NCBI GenBank assembly: GCA_000320545.1 | Contig: ADNK01003260.1 | Span: forward strand, 1-54,237 | From: Bigelowiella natans CCMP2755 | Taxonomy: Eukaryota; Protista; Cercozoa | Reading direction: 5' to 3' | DNA length: 54,237 nt | Shown: positions 26,323 through 40,099 of the stretch, in pieces | How the letters are laid out: every line of letters begins with the position of its first letter | Position numbering within the stretch: position 1 is the first letter of the stretch | Translations under genes and position numbers: made by a program | Notes under the pieces: model-generated | Seen by the model: only the letters and a program-made list of their open reading frames with translations | Databases searched by the model: none | What the model was told of the DNA's origin: nothing

Positions 26323-28175
26323 TATGGATTGTTACTACCGTATCGAGTTCCTTATTTTCCTTCTTCTCCTCATACCATTTTATGCATTCCTTACTACACA
26401 ACACGTGAATGGTGTTGCTGGCAGAAGGGTACCCGAGAGCTTCGTAAATCCTGAGGACAATTGAATGCAGCGCGTTCACGCGAGGGACGGGTGGGTGCGA
26501 TAAGAATTATCATCAAGGGATTGATATTGGAAATTTGATTCTTCCTCAGGAGCAGGGAGGACTGAGAAAAGAGAAGTGCTTTGGGAAAGAAGAGGAGGAG
26601 GAGCGCCAACGCCTCTCGTTTTCTGGTTGATGATTTCGTGTACTATTACTTATTATTGGAGAGAATTCTGGCGTCTTCACTCAAGTGGTCATCACAATGA
26701 GCCATAGGGCAGGCGACGCAGCGGAATAAAGCTCCTCCTACCGCACCGGCCTTCCGGTCACACACAATGCATCTATGATGAAGACAACCCCATTTCGCAA
26801 ACTCCTTCATTTTGGCCTTGTCCAGACCCAAGCACTCATGGTGGTACGCGCCAGGGCAGAAATCGCAGCAGAGCTAATTGTGTGACGCGAAGAGAAACAC
26901 CACACACAGACACACACACACACACACACACATAGAGAGAGAGAGAAGAGGACACACGGAAAGAAACCGACCCATGGAATTGTTGTTGCACAATAAGTAT
27001 CATCCTCACAATGTAGCGACAAGGAAATCGGCCTCACCATCAATAGAGCAAGACAATAAGCAATCAAAATGACCTACTACACATGGTGCTGGTGGTGTGT
27101 TTGTGATTATATATCTGATAATTCCTTCTTCTTTGTTCTCTTTGCTTTAACGAGAGGAAGTTGTCAATCGATAGCCAACATAAACGACGTCAGTATCATC
27201 ACCACCACGTCACCAACAATTAACCATCAATCAATTGACAACCAAGTCGCCGCCCTCCCAGCAATTTCCACAGACAGTGCTATTTGGGTAGTCTCTTCCG
27301 GCCTTCAACTTCCTTCTTCCAGGCCGCCGCTCCCTTTTCCCAGGTTTTATGGTGGGGAGAGAAGGACCATCAAATATTGTGTTTGATTTCTTCACAGAAA
27401 ACCCGTGAATATTATACACCGTTGGAATCCTCTTCCTACTACTTCTTCGGAGCCCATTATCTGCATTACTCCGACTGGAAGAAGGCTTTTCTTCTTCGTC
27501 TTTCATGTCTTCTCCTTTTCTTTGTTGTGCCGCTTCTCTGGTGCTCCCAGGCTCGTCGTCAGGAAGATTTTGTGGATAGTGCGCCTTCTTCTCAAGATCC
27601 CGTGGATAGTGCGTCTTCTCCCAGAGAAGCAAACCAAAGCAAACCAAAGCAAACCAAAGCATATGCGTCAATTGTCAAAATAATGATTGGTATAGCGATC
27701 TACTACTGCTCCTTCTGCTACTATTACTACTACTGACTACTACTACTACTACTACTACTACTACGCTACTAGAACTGACTCCTTCAAAATCTCTCGCACT
27801 CATCAGCTTTTTGAATGCGTCGAAGTTTCTGGCATTTAGCTCGTGTCTTTCAAGGAAGCTGGTGGGACGAATGCTGGATGGACCATCGTCGTCTTTATGC
27901 TCATGATGGCGCCGCCTTGTTTGTTGAGCCCTTTGTTCTTCCTCTTCGGATCGGAGATGACGGGTCCTATCAATGATCTCGTCGAGGTCCTCGTCTCTGA
28001 CCTCTTTGGCGGGGTGGAAGATGGCGTTGGCTCCAAATTTGAGTTGTGCTAGCATGTCATTCTTCGCGTCCTTCGAGGAGTAGCAGCAGCAGCAGTAGTA
28101 GTAGTAGTAGTAGTAGTAGTAGAAGCATCATAAGAGAAGATAATTTGCTTCATTTGAGTGCTAATGTGGATGTGT

Positions 28176-28211
<36 letters not shown>

Positions 28212-28496
28212 GTGTGTGTGTGTGCGCATCCATTTTATGCTGCTGATGTCGTGATGAAGCGAGGATGTATGTATCTACTCCATCGAGTTTCTTGATTTCG
28301 TTGGCTGTCGCAGTGGAGTCCCGCATGAGATTCTTTTCCATTGAAAGCTTCAGGTGTTGCTTCTGTATTATGAGCTCCTCGACCGACCCCTTTCGTAAGT
28401 GGGCGGTGTGTGTGGGTGGGGGAGAGGTGGGAGGGGGGAGGAGGGGGAAAGCAATGGAGAGCGCCGAATATGAATATAGAATCCTTCGCGTCCATC

Positions 28497-28542
<46 letters not shown>

Positions 28543-29545
28543 CAGAACTGCGGTGTTATCACTTAATCACCTGTGTGACAAGACGGTATACATGAACGAC
28601 TTTCTGTTGGCCTAAGCGATGCACGCGAGCCATGGCCTGGAGATCTTGTTGGGGGTTCCAGTCCGAATCAAACAATATTACCGTATCAGCACTCTGGAGA
28701 TTAATGCCGATGCCGCCTTTTAGGTGGAAGAAGATAGAGCATAGCAATTGTCACGAACATGATGATGGCGTGTGTGTGCATCTACGCGGAGCCTTCTGGG
28801 GAAAACACTGTATTTCGAAAGCAACTAAGATGCTAGTCTGTCTGCTTTTCCTCTCCTTACGCACATCACTAATACTACTTTTTCTTCCGTTTTCCTATGT
28901 GCTACTGCTGCTGCTGCTGCTGCTGTTTATGTATTTTTGCTAATATCCATACTATCACCCAAGCAGCAGCAACAAAAACGCAAAAATGATCTTGATCGCC
29001 TACCAGCACGAGTCTGGAGCACAAAAGCATGGTACTCCGAATCTGGTGCATTAAAGCGGCGTATATTGACCACACGTTGGACCCTATTCGTCCGACCGTC
29101 CAGGCGGAGATGCTTAATCTTCTCCAACGTGAGAAAACGGCCAAGGAGATCGAGAGTCGCTATAAACTGTGAGAATATCAGTACCCTATGGCCTGCACCG
29201 CGGAGTTTCATCAGCAGCCTTTGCAGTAGCCTCATCTTGCCCGAGCTCGTGACGAGCTCCAAGTCCTGCTGCTCCTCGCTCCCGCCCTCCCCCGTCTTCC
29301 TGTCATCGCTGCGAATCTGTTCTAGTTTTTCTTCGTTCAACATGTACGGGTGGTTGCAGCACTTTCGCAGCTGCATAACTAGGCCTTGTGCCTGTCTTGT
29401 GGTCGGCCTAGAGCCTGGTGAGGGATATGATGATGATGATGATGATGATAATGATGATGACATAAAACAGCTATCAATGGTGTTAGGAGGATGAGGTGTG
29501 TATACGAATGGCGCATATGATATAATCACCATCGTCGTCGTCAAG

Positions 29546-29585
<40 letters not shown>

Positions 29586-30646
29586 CTCTTTCTCGCTTGA
29601 AACCCAGCTACTCCCCAAAGCTACTGCTACGACATATGTTTCACCCTTATAATTTTCCTTTTTCTGAAGTTCCAGACGGTCGATGATGGCCCTTCCGTTG
29701 AGCAGGATCTTCTTATACTCATGCCGCTGCGCTTCTGAAAGGCTGATCATGATGTTGGTCTCAACTTTAGCGGGCAGCTCGGTAACCTGTTTAGTGGCGA
29801 GGGAAAGAAGAAGAAGAACGCAACATTTCTCAAAACTTCTAACATTTTGAATTGTTGAAATTTTTGGTCGAATAAATCTGGCGTACTAAGATTCTATAGA
29901 TAATATCAACCCCCGTCTCCCTCTTTCCTCCATCACTCTTTTCGGTGTATTTCTTCCTATGCTATTGATTATTATTGTTGCTATCTTGTCTAAAGGAGCA
30001 TAGGATCCAAAGGAGCGCCAGTAGCAGCTCAGGCTTTTTCTCAATTAACTAGTACAAACCTATGCGGAAACGACGACGACGACGACGACGACGACGACAC
30101 ACTTTCCCGGTGCAACTACTGATACTATTACAGATACCCACTCCCGCTAGTATCCGCTGTCGCTGCTATGAATACGAATGCTATTGCTACCTCTTCCTTC
30201 AGACGGCGGAGCAAGAAGTGATGCAGTAAGATGTGGGCCTTCTCCATGCGGACTTTATCAACCCTGGCATTTGCGCCGTTGATTATAAACGCGCTCTCAA
30301 ACAACTCTGGATCGCGGAAGACTCCCGGAGCTAGAAACGATAGAATGGCCCAGCATTCGCGCATGTTGTTCTGTAGGGGTGTCCCTGTTAGCACAATGGC
30401 GCCCACCCGTCTAATCTTGTTGATCCTTTTGCTCAACTTTGTCTCCGCACTCTTAAGTGTTATTGATTCACAGGATATTATTAGTCCCTTTCTCACTTCG
30501 TTCACTTCTCCTCTTCCTTCCTCGTGTCCCCTTCTCTCGCTCGCCAACCAATACTTTTCATTGTTGCTTTGGCAGCATGTAAAAACAAGGGAATCCTTCC
30601 TCATTTTTCGATTTTTGGTGCTGTTCCTCTTTGCTGCACCCAAAAG

Positions 30647-30681
<35 letters not shown>

Positions 30682-31988
30682 TAGCATCATTATCATCATC
30701 ACCACCACCTCCCCACCATGAGCTCGGTATCACTACCTTTATTCTGTGGCCTTCATCCAAAACAACGTAGTGCCAGTGAACTATTCTGCCCCGTATCATC
30801 TTCTCAGTCTTAATCGTCTCGTAGGTTGTCACACACACATCGTAGTCGCGGACATGCCGCAACCTCTTCATTATACGACGCCTTTCATTCCTATCTGAGC
30901 TTTGCAGCTTGATCACACGCAGCCTTGGGCTCCACTTCTCAAATTCCTGTGATTCATCATCACCATCATCATCATCATCGTCATCACCCTAATTTACCAC
31001 CACCACCCCCACCATCACCGCCATACTTAAAACCAACTATCTATTTAAGAATCGAGATAAATAAAGAATGGTCGTTGGCAGCACCAACCTTGCACCAGTT
31101 TTCTATGACGCTAAGTGGGCACACGATGAGACAAGGTCCTCCTCCTACTCCTATCTTTTCCATCAACCCCCGTTCTCCCTGATTGGAGGAGGAGGTGCTG
31201 CTGCTACTACTACCACAGTTATTTGATAATATAGTCGAGTCTTGGCTGAACTTCAGATACGATATAAATGCAATGACTTGCAACGTCTTTCCGAGGCCCA
31301 TTTCGTCGGCCAATATCGGTGATATTCCATGCAAATGCTTTTCCAGGAGCCATCGCACACCTGGAAGGTACAGACACACATGCGTTAATCTCATCATCTC
31401 ACCATCATCGTTGCCCATTCATTCCTATCCTCATGCAATATCAATGACGCTATCTTTGCCGGCTTCCACTACAATTTTACTTCCCAGAAGTTAAGCACCC
31501 ACACCGCCACCAAGCAACGCTAATTCTGCCTCACTACCTTCTAATTGATAAGACCGCATCTTTCCTGTGATATAGTGTGGCTGGGTCAAGAATGCGCCTC
31601 CAATTTCTCTTTCTTCCATACGATTATTTTGCGCTTTAAGACTGGCCACGTCTTTTTCCTTCATGAAATCCTTAAAGATATGGATGTTCCTTCGCAAATG
31701 TTGTTGTCTTAGTTTTTCGAAAACCTCTTTCATATCTTTCATCCTTTTCGACGTCTCCCTCAAACAGGAAACTACTTCCTTCTTTTTTTGACTTATTTTT
31801 TGCTCCACATGATCTTTATCTTCATCCTGTGGACTTTCTGAAAGTGTGTAAGTACTGTCAAGTTCAGTATCCGAACCCGAACCCGAACTCGAAACATCCT
31901 CTACGATGAGAGGTTTGGACGACAAGGCGTCGTCATTCACCTTATCATCATGATATTCATCAGGAAACTCATGATTATCATCGACATA

Positions 31989-32021
<33 letters not shown>

Positions 32022-32892
32022 CTCGAATTCGTTGCTGTCTTGACTTTCGACCATTTGGGCCATGCGGGGTGTAAACCCAGCACTGAGCTCATCACCATCA
32101 TCATCATGAAAGTCCATTTTCCTCTTCCGGGCTCTTGTTTGTTTGTATAGTAGTGCTATTGTGCTGTTGCTGCATTTTCCATTAGTAGAGTCGAGTGTAA
32201 ACCCAGTACTGTGAGGGGGAGAGAGGAGGGAGAGGAAGGCCTTCAAAACAAGTTATCAGAAGTAAGTCAGTATCTCGGGGTATGGGTAAAGTTTGGAGAA
32301 AAAAATGAGGAGAAAACAAGGCGATTTTGAAAACGAATGCCATTTTGTTAACATCTTCTCCTTGGTTGCTCGGTTGCCGAAGTTTTCTCAGTAAATCCGA
32401 GGAGAAGATGATACCAAAATGCATAAATTCAGTACCGGTATTCTTTTCGGAAGTATCGTACCATCGTATAGAGTGTTCATGACATACGACAGATGTGATT
32501 ATTGTTGTCGATGTGTATCTAGATCTACCAGCATACAAGCAAGAATAAATTTCCATGGATTATTTCCACACCAGCAGGAGATGGATCTCGGCGGAGAGGG
32601 TGAGAGATCTACTGGAATTAATTGTTTATTTTTTTTTTAAAAAACCTTGTCGCAAACTCCAAGTGCATGATGTGGATCTTTCAGCCCGTGGTGTCTTCTC
32701 TTCCATTGAGAATTTTCTTGGTAGCGCATCAAACTCTCCATGCGAGTCTTGGATAATTAAAGTCGCAAATGTGAATTGTGACTGCGTCAGCTGTTCAAAG
32801 GACAACGTATCTACTACGATAAGCTGGAAAGCTTCCCAAACCCGGATGCTCGGGTACGCTGCCTGCATGTGGGCCCATTTATCTTGCGACAT
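23361..32892 (-). CDS. Large SNF2-family (ISWI/CHD-like) ATPase with PHD plus C5HCH zinc fingers, a coiled coil and a C-terminal UBA-like domain
   Basis: ATPase motifs are [70 protein letters not shown] and LKFGANAIF. The zinc fingers read [51 protein letters not shown]. In-frame splicing continues through exons at about 26452-26340, 26169-26083, 25703-25525, 25424-25051 and 24825-23361, ending [27 protein letters not shown]. The 5' exons from 32892 are tentative, and an alternative ATG lies at 32117. Confidence 0.82.
27628..27661. repeat. 10-bp tandem repeat (AGCAAACCAA) x3
   Basis: Directly visible, and forms the pyrimidine-rich 3' end of an intron on the minus strand. Confidence 0.9.
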
Positions 32893-33116
32893 AATAATTG
32901 ATTTATTTATGATTGCAATTCTAGAGCGTTTGCTCCAGCAGGAATTTGAAATACATGCATTTATGTCTAAATGTCGGTCTTTTAACTCGCTGCGATTGCA
33001 AAGGTAATACGTCCTCTGCGGTTGCCTCAGAGGTGGGCATCGACCCAAACATTTATTCTACCTAAAAGTTACGGCAGAGCTTTCTCATGACCAGAGGCAA
33101 TTAGGAATCTTTCACA

Positions 33117-36100
33117 ATGAAGTCTAGAGGTAAGGGGTTTGTATTATTTTCAGGCGCGGCAGCGATGTGAATCGGTGTGTTCAAAGGCAGCACGTTGATG
33201 TCATCATGTTTAATAATACAGAAGAAGCCGAGGGGGCAAGTTTGCCTACATACTCCATGATCCTAGGCGAAATTCAGCTCCTTATGACAGTCATGCGCCG
33301 AAATCAAAAGTGGAAGACAGACCCTCTGGCTCTCAGCGTAAGTCGATAGCAGTACGAGTTTATTAAGCTAGAATTTCGCTTTATTTCGCACCTTGGCTGC
33401 GCATAAGCAACCCCGAATCTGTACGATCCCCTGTACTAATCAAATCGTTGCCCTGCTTCACAGAAGACCCAGGGATTCAACGCCAATACGTTTATTAAGA
33501 CATTGCAGAAGCTGCGTTGGTCAATGTCACCAGGCAACGAAGGTCTTTGAAATTCTGGCACAAAAACTTCTAATCCTGAGTCCCTATTCCCGGTTTCTAA
33601 AAATGTCTTTTAATTTTCTTATTTCGACTAGACCTCCATCCGGTGACGGTTGTGAGACCCTTTGTAGAAATCATTAAGGCAGAGGACACAACGGGGTTGG
33701 CAACCGGGCTTGCAATTGCATCTTTGCAGAAGCTTCTCAAAAGGGGCTTCTTCGAGGTTAAGGGTAGATCGGATAAGTACAGAGATAGCTTGGTGGAAGC
33801 CCTGGTATCGGTCGTGGATGCGTTAACGCATTGCCGATTCGAATCTACCGATTCAAGGAGAGATGAACTCGTTCTAATGAAAATGCTTCAGGTCCGACGC
33901 CTGTCTAGTGAATTAGGAAAGCCTGAAAATCCCTTTCCTTCAAACATGAATTCTTCGGCTTATTTTACTGTCTCGCGGTATCCGCAAGTACCCAAAAGGA
34001 AATAGAAATCGATTCTACATTTAATAAGGCAACTGCGCGTAAGCACTCATATCCCTCATTCTTCCCTCCTCCCCCTTTTTGCTTTCTGCTTCTTCCTCCT
34101 CTCGCCCCAAATAGGCTCTCTCTGCCTGTCTTGGGTGTTCAGCTGGGATGTACCTACCGGACGAAGATGTTTGGTGTATGATCCAGACGTGCTATAGAGT
34201 ATACAAAGTAATGCGCCCTCCCGACTACTCTGACCTGCTATGCGAGGCAGCGGAATCCATCCTGAAGGAGATGGTAGCAATAGTATTCACAAAAGGCCAC
34301 CTGACTAGCACCCCTGCCCTTTCTAGCCCAAATGCTATCGTCCAACCCCAGGCAGTTGAGGAGAAGGAACAGGTTGAGGGTGATACTAAAACGACTACTT
34401 CGGACAGCAAACGTGTACGGCCCTCCTACTCCTCCTCCTCCTCCTCCTCCTCCTCCTCCTCTCGCTTTGGAATAGACTGTGCAGTCCGTGTGATGGAGCT
34501 CGTGTGCTCCTTATGCAAGACTCGCAGGCATGTTGGGAGCAAAGCTGCCACAAACGACGCACAGACCCTCGGCTGCCAGCTTCTCCTCAGCGTGCTAGAA
34601 TCCAACGCGGAGAGAATCTCGCAGATTCCACGACTAATGTCTCTGATCGAGGACGATGTGAGCTTCTTCCTCGTATCAAACTCGGCAGCAGCAGGCAATC
34701 CACTTATCTTTAGTTTCACAGTGAGAATAATATACCTTCTTTACACGAGCATGCGTAGAAAACTCAAGACCCAGGTCGAGATATTCATCTCCCAGCTCTA
34801 TATGCGGCTACTCGTGGAGCAGCAGCAGCACCAAAAACAACAACAACAACAGCAACAACAGCAGCTAGTTATACCTTATGAGATTCGAGAAACTCTCCTG
34901 GAAAGCATGCTTGATTTTGCGCGGATTCCATGGTTCTTTCAGGACCTCTTCATCAACTTCGATTGCCAGCCGCACTGCGAGAATCTGTGCAACGACTTGC
35001 TCGCCCTGGTGTGCAAGGCTGCTAGGCCCACTGATACTGTGTTCCTCACAACCAATCATGTCGTCGCACTTAACACTCTTGTGGAGGTGCTGGAGTCAAT
35101 AGCTTTACGTTGCTGCTGCCCCAGCAGCGATGACGCTAGTAACAGTCAGCAAGAAACGAGGAGCCTGCTGCTTGAGGAGGTGAAGGAGGAGGCAAAAAAG
35201 AAAACAGACAACGACGAACTCAAATCCAAGCCCACTGGTGACAAAGACGAGGAAAAGAAAAAGGCAATCACTGCTGCCGCAGCCCACTCGTCGTCACTTT
35301 CTGGGTGGCAGGGAGGCACTCTCTCTACCAAGAATGCCCTTAATGCTTGTGTGCTCGAGTGGAATAAGAAGCCAAAGAAGGGCATAATGATGATGGTGGA
35401 GCAGGGCTTCCTCTCTGGGGCTCTCCGAAGCCAAAAGGACCAGCGTGCCGACAAGGAATTCGCCGCATATCTAAAGGAGCTCGGAAAGTACCAGAAAAAG
35501 GCTTACAACGTCAAGTACAAGCTCAGAAAGCAGCGCAAGTCGCAGCGGGAGAGCCTGATGCAACAGCAGGGAATGACGCGAGAGGAAGCGGAAGCAAAAC
35601 TCGGTCCCCTGGAGATACCGAAGGATGAGAACCCGCCGCCGACTCCTGTTGCGAGCTCTTATTTCATGCAACGACAGGCACGGATCGAGCCAGAGGCAAA
35701 AAAGCTCGCGTGCATACTTCGGAAAAACCCCAACGTTGACCTGAATGTGCTAGGGGAATTCCTTGGAGAGCCGCTCCAACTCAACCACCTTGTGCGCGAG
35801 TCTTTTGTGTCAACCTTCAACTTCCGCGGGCTGAGCATCGATGCCGCCCTCCGCACCTTCTTGGAATCCTTCCGCCTACCGAAGGAGGCGCAGCAGATTG
35901 ACCGGTGTCTCCAGTCGTTCTCTTCCTCCTTCCATGAGCAGAACCCCAGTTACATGGAGAGTGAGGACGGCGTCTACACGCTCGTCTTTTCGTTGATTAT
36001 GCTGACCACCGACCTCCATAACCCCCTTGTCCCGAAGAAAATGAGCTTGGATCAGTACCTCGTAAACACGAGGAATATCGACGACGGTGATGATGTGCCC

Positions 36101-39100
36101 AGGGAGGAGCTCGAGAGGCTGTATAAGGACATCTCCGAGCGCGAGATAGTGATGTCGGGCCGTGGCTCAGGGATTGAGGTAGCGTCCACCAGATATCATC
36201 ACCATATAACTGTTCCTACTACTCTGCCTCTGTATTAGAATTAGCGTGTGGTCGTTTCATTTCTTTCTTCCTCTCCTCCTTTCTCGCTGATCTAGTTCGA
36301 CGTTCAAGACAAAGCACTTCTTCTTCACATCTGACTCACTCACTCACTGACTGACTGACTGACTGACTGAATGATATTAGGTGGGCTACGAGCTGTGGAA
36401 GGACATCATTCACCGTTCTCGCATCTTCGAGGCTCCTCCCTACAACGTCGTCGCCGAGAGCCACCACCCCCCTTTGCTGGTAGATAAGGAAATCTTCTCG
36501 CGGATCTGGGGGGAGCTGCTCTCCGTCCTCTCCAGCGTGTACAGCAAGGCGAGGCAGGAGCACGTGATCAAGCTCGTGGAGAGGGCCTACAAGCTTATTG
36601 CAGAACTTGGTGCTGCATTCAATCAGCAGGATGCGTTGGAGTCTGCTGTGCTGGCCCTGGGTAGGCACACCGCCCTCCTCGTACTTGGTGGTAGTAACGG
36701 CGCAACCAAGGAAAAGAAGGGGTCGGGGCAAGCTAGTAGTAGCAGTAGTAGTAGCAGTAGTGGTAGTAGTAGTAATAGTGGTAGTGATAGCAACAATATT
36801 AATGGTGGTAGCAGTAGTAGTAGTAATAGTAGTAGTAGTAGCTTTAAAGGCGTAAATGGTAACAGTAGTAGCAGCGGTAGCTCCTCACCGCAACAGCACG
36901 ACATAGTTCGCTTTGCATCGAATCCTAGCTCGCTCCGCGCAGTCAAGATCTTCTTTGGAATGATCGTGCAGTACGGTGGGGCGCTTTCTGAGTCCGTGTG
37001 GGGTGACATCCTCATCTGCCTGCTGCAGCTCCACCTCATGGATGTGCTCCCCAAGAACATTGCGACAATCAATGATTTCGTCTCGGGTCCGCGCTCGCGC
37101 AACGACACCCTGACCCTGACACCGATTAAATTCTCGGAGCCGCAGGAGGGGGAGGCCGGCAGCATGGTCTCATCCCTGCTCTACACGATGAGTTCATACT
37201 TCTCGCCCTCCCCCGTCCAGGATACGCGAGAGCAGCAAAACCGCAGAGAGAAGCTCCTCTCCGTCGCCAAGGGCTGCCTTCAGGAGTGCCAGGCAGATCT
37301 AGTCCTCTCTCAGACGAAGAGAATCAGCCTTGAGGCCCTCCACGGTCTCATGAACTGGATGCGAACGCGTTGTGACGCGGTGAGGCTGTCCGAAAAGCTC
37401 TGTGCTATGTGCTGGCACAATACCGTCTACGTTTCCACGCGGAGGAAGCATGCTCAACAGCTCTTCAGGGCCAGGGCAGCAAGAAGACATGGTGTCAAGA
37501 GAGCGACCTCAGCCCCCTCGATGAGGAGGATGATGATGACCAATGGAGAAAGCAGCAGCAGTGGTTTAATCGCTGAGAACACCACGAGTAGCGGCAGCCT
37601 CGTGATGAAGCACAACGACAAGGCTGGAAATAAGCTGAGGGCTGCCACAGACAGCAGCGCTGCTTCTCCTTCTGATCGGCATCACAAGGAGGAAAAGAAG
37701 AATATGGCACAGTCTCCAGCTCAGAATACCAGCAGCAGTAGCAGCAGCGGCAACAGTAAGTCCGCAACTGGGCTGCTGCAGCAGCGCAGCATGGAGGAAG
37801 AGAGGGACGTCGTTTTGCGAACTCTCTCTGTACAAGAAGCCCAGAATCAACAGCAGATACTAGAGGTATTGCGGTGATCTCCTGCGACATCGATGCCACA
37901 TCCACACACTCACACACACACACACATACACACGCATAAATGCATACATGCACATGCAGTACTGTAGCAAAGAAAGTAAATTCTAACTCCTCGCCCCTTT
38001 CTTCCCCAGCTAAATCTCCAGGAGGAGAAGAAGTACCTCCAGGATTGGATGGAACTCAAGCGACAGCAAGGCTGGCAAGCGGATGGCAGCAGCTTATATG
38101 AATCTTCGTCATCATCATCATCCTCCACCTCGTCCTCGGAGAAGGGAAGGCGGTGGAGCTGGGGCTCTCATGGCTGGCTGCCGGAATCTCTTAGGTCGCA
38201 GCTCCTTTTCATCCACTTCTTCACCCAAATCACGCTGCACAATAGCCATCGCTTCGAGCCCCTGTACCCACTTATACGGCAGTTTCTCACTGACCTCATC
38301 GTTGGACGGGGGGGGGACAAAAAACACCGAAAGATGGCCAAAGAGAAAGGCCACCATGATGGTTCCTACCAAGTCCCAGCCTCGATAGTTGAGAGCGCGG
38401 TTGTCTCGCTGATCGTCATTTCATCGCAGATGCTCGACAAACCGGAAAGCTTCCGGTTCGGCTTGGAATTGCTGGAGATACTGCGAAAGACTGACGAAAA
38501 AAGGAGCATTCTCATCGCCGAGCAATTGGCCTACGGTGTCCTCTTTCTCATACATGAATATCGGAAAGTGATCGAAGATGCTTCAACGTGGCAGTGCATC
38601 TTAGATCTGGTGGGGCGGAGTGTCAAGCACCCTGCAACAGCGTTTGCAGGCGCGAAAACGCTGACGTTAATTCTCACCGACCCGCTGTGTCCCTTCCTGT
38701 CGCTTGCCACCTTTCATCAGACAACCTCGGTTGTGTTTCGATACGCACTCGCGGTGAGGGACAAATGCATTAACCTGCTGCATGTGCTCTTCCGCCGCCT
38801 CGTCGCGCTGCTCAAGAAACATACCAAGAAGGGCTGCGTGGTGGCGCTGCCCAAAGAGATGCAGAAGCAAGTTACTGCCGCTGCCGCCGCCGCCGCCTCC
38901 ACCGATGATGAAGGATTGTATTCTTCTTCAGTATCAGGTCTTACGACTGAGGATCTTGTTGTGTGGAAATCATGCTGGAAACCCCTTCTTAATGCCATAT
39001 GCTCCCTGTGTTGGCGACTCAAAGCGCCCCACAGCACCCAGGCTCTAAATGTGTTGCAGCAGCTGCTCCTGTCTCCGGACCTTCCAGGAGGAGCTACCAG

Positions 39101-39758
39101 TTATGCCAACCACGAGGTGGAGGACGGGGGGGAGACTGATAGCAAGGAGGGGGGGGATGTTGCAGCCGAAGGGGGAGGAAGTAGGGTAAGGCGTAGCACT
39201 AGCACTAGCATCTCAGCAGCTGCGAGCCATTTTTGGCAGAGCTGCATCAACGACATCATGGTTCCGAACTTGAAGCAGCTAGGCTCCAAAAGAGTGGATG
39301 AGGCCAGGCCGCTCAACCAACTCCGCCAGCGCGGACTCGGCTTGCTGGTGAAGATATTCCTGCAAAAGCTGCACACCATGCTGCCCCTCAAAAATTTCCA
39401 CGTTATCCTCGTTAATGTAATTGACACCATACAACAGTACGTTACGCTCGGAAAGGACTCCACTTTGGGTGAGATGGCCCTCGAGGCGCTGAAGAATCTG
39501 ATGCTTGTGATGTCCTCCACCGGTGCCTTTTCACCCGAGCAGAATCCGACTGGGAAAGAGTTATGCGACCTTGCATGGGCGCATATCGAGCCAGTTTGTC
39601 CGGGGCTGAGGGAAGCCTTAACCCCTAGTAAAAAAGATGAGGTTCCAGGGAAAGTGGAATCCGATATTGGAAATGACAATCTTAATAATAATGCAGTTGC
39701 CTCCACCCCTCCGCATCAGCAACAACCGCAGAGCAAGAGTAGCGATGATGCGTCGTAA
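33117..39758 (+). CDS. GBF1: Large Sec7-domain ARF guanine-nucleotide exchange factor, GBF1/GNOM/Gea class
   Basis: The DCB region reads MILGEIQLLMTVMRRNQKW, PFVEIIKAEDTTG and CRFESTD..DELVLMKMLQ. The HUS box reads LFINFDCQPHCENL. The Sec7 domain reads LGEFLGE, LRTFLESFRLPKEAQQIDR and FSLIMLTTDLHNP, followed by C-terminal HDS-like helices (EALKNLMLVM). Confidence 0.92.
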
Positions 39759-40099
39759 TGTTAATTGATATAAGTTTCCGAGCCAGCGAGCCGTATTAAT
39801 AGATCATTAATTCAAAATACGAAGGGCAAAGTCATATGGTTACATGTCTAGATGTAGAACTTCCATGTTTTTCCTTGCTGCTCCAACCGCATTATTTGTA
39901 TGTGTATCGCATCGCACGCGAAGCCGTCGTCTAGTTGTATAGAGACAGATGCGCCAGCAGAGCACATCGAATAGCTGTGGAATTAGAGCGCACGATCTAG
40001 ATAATTGACATTGATGAATAGTAGATCTATACGATGTCTTATTGTGCTTTGTTTTACATTAGCATCACAATCACTGCGAGCAATAATGCGATACACTGG

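Noticed and set aside
32528-32560. [11 protein letters not shown] resembling an HhH-GPD/MBD4 glycosylase motif
   Set aside because: No helix-hairpin-helix or catalytic Asp motif follows, and the match is too short to support.
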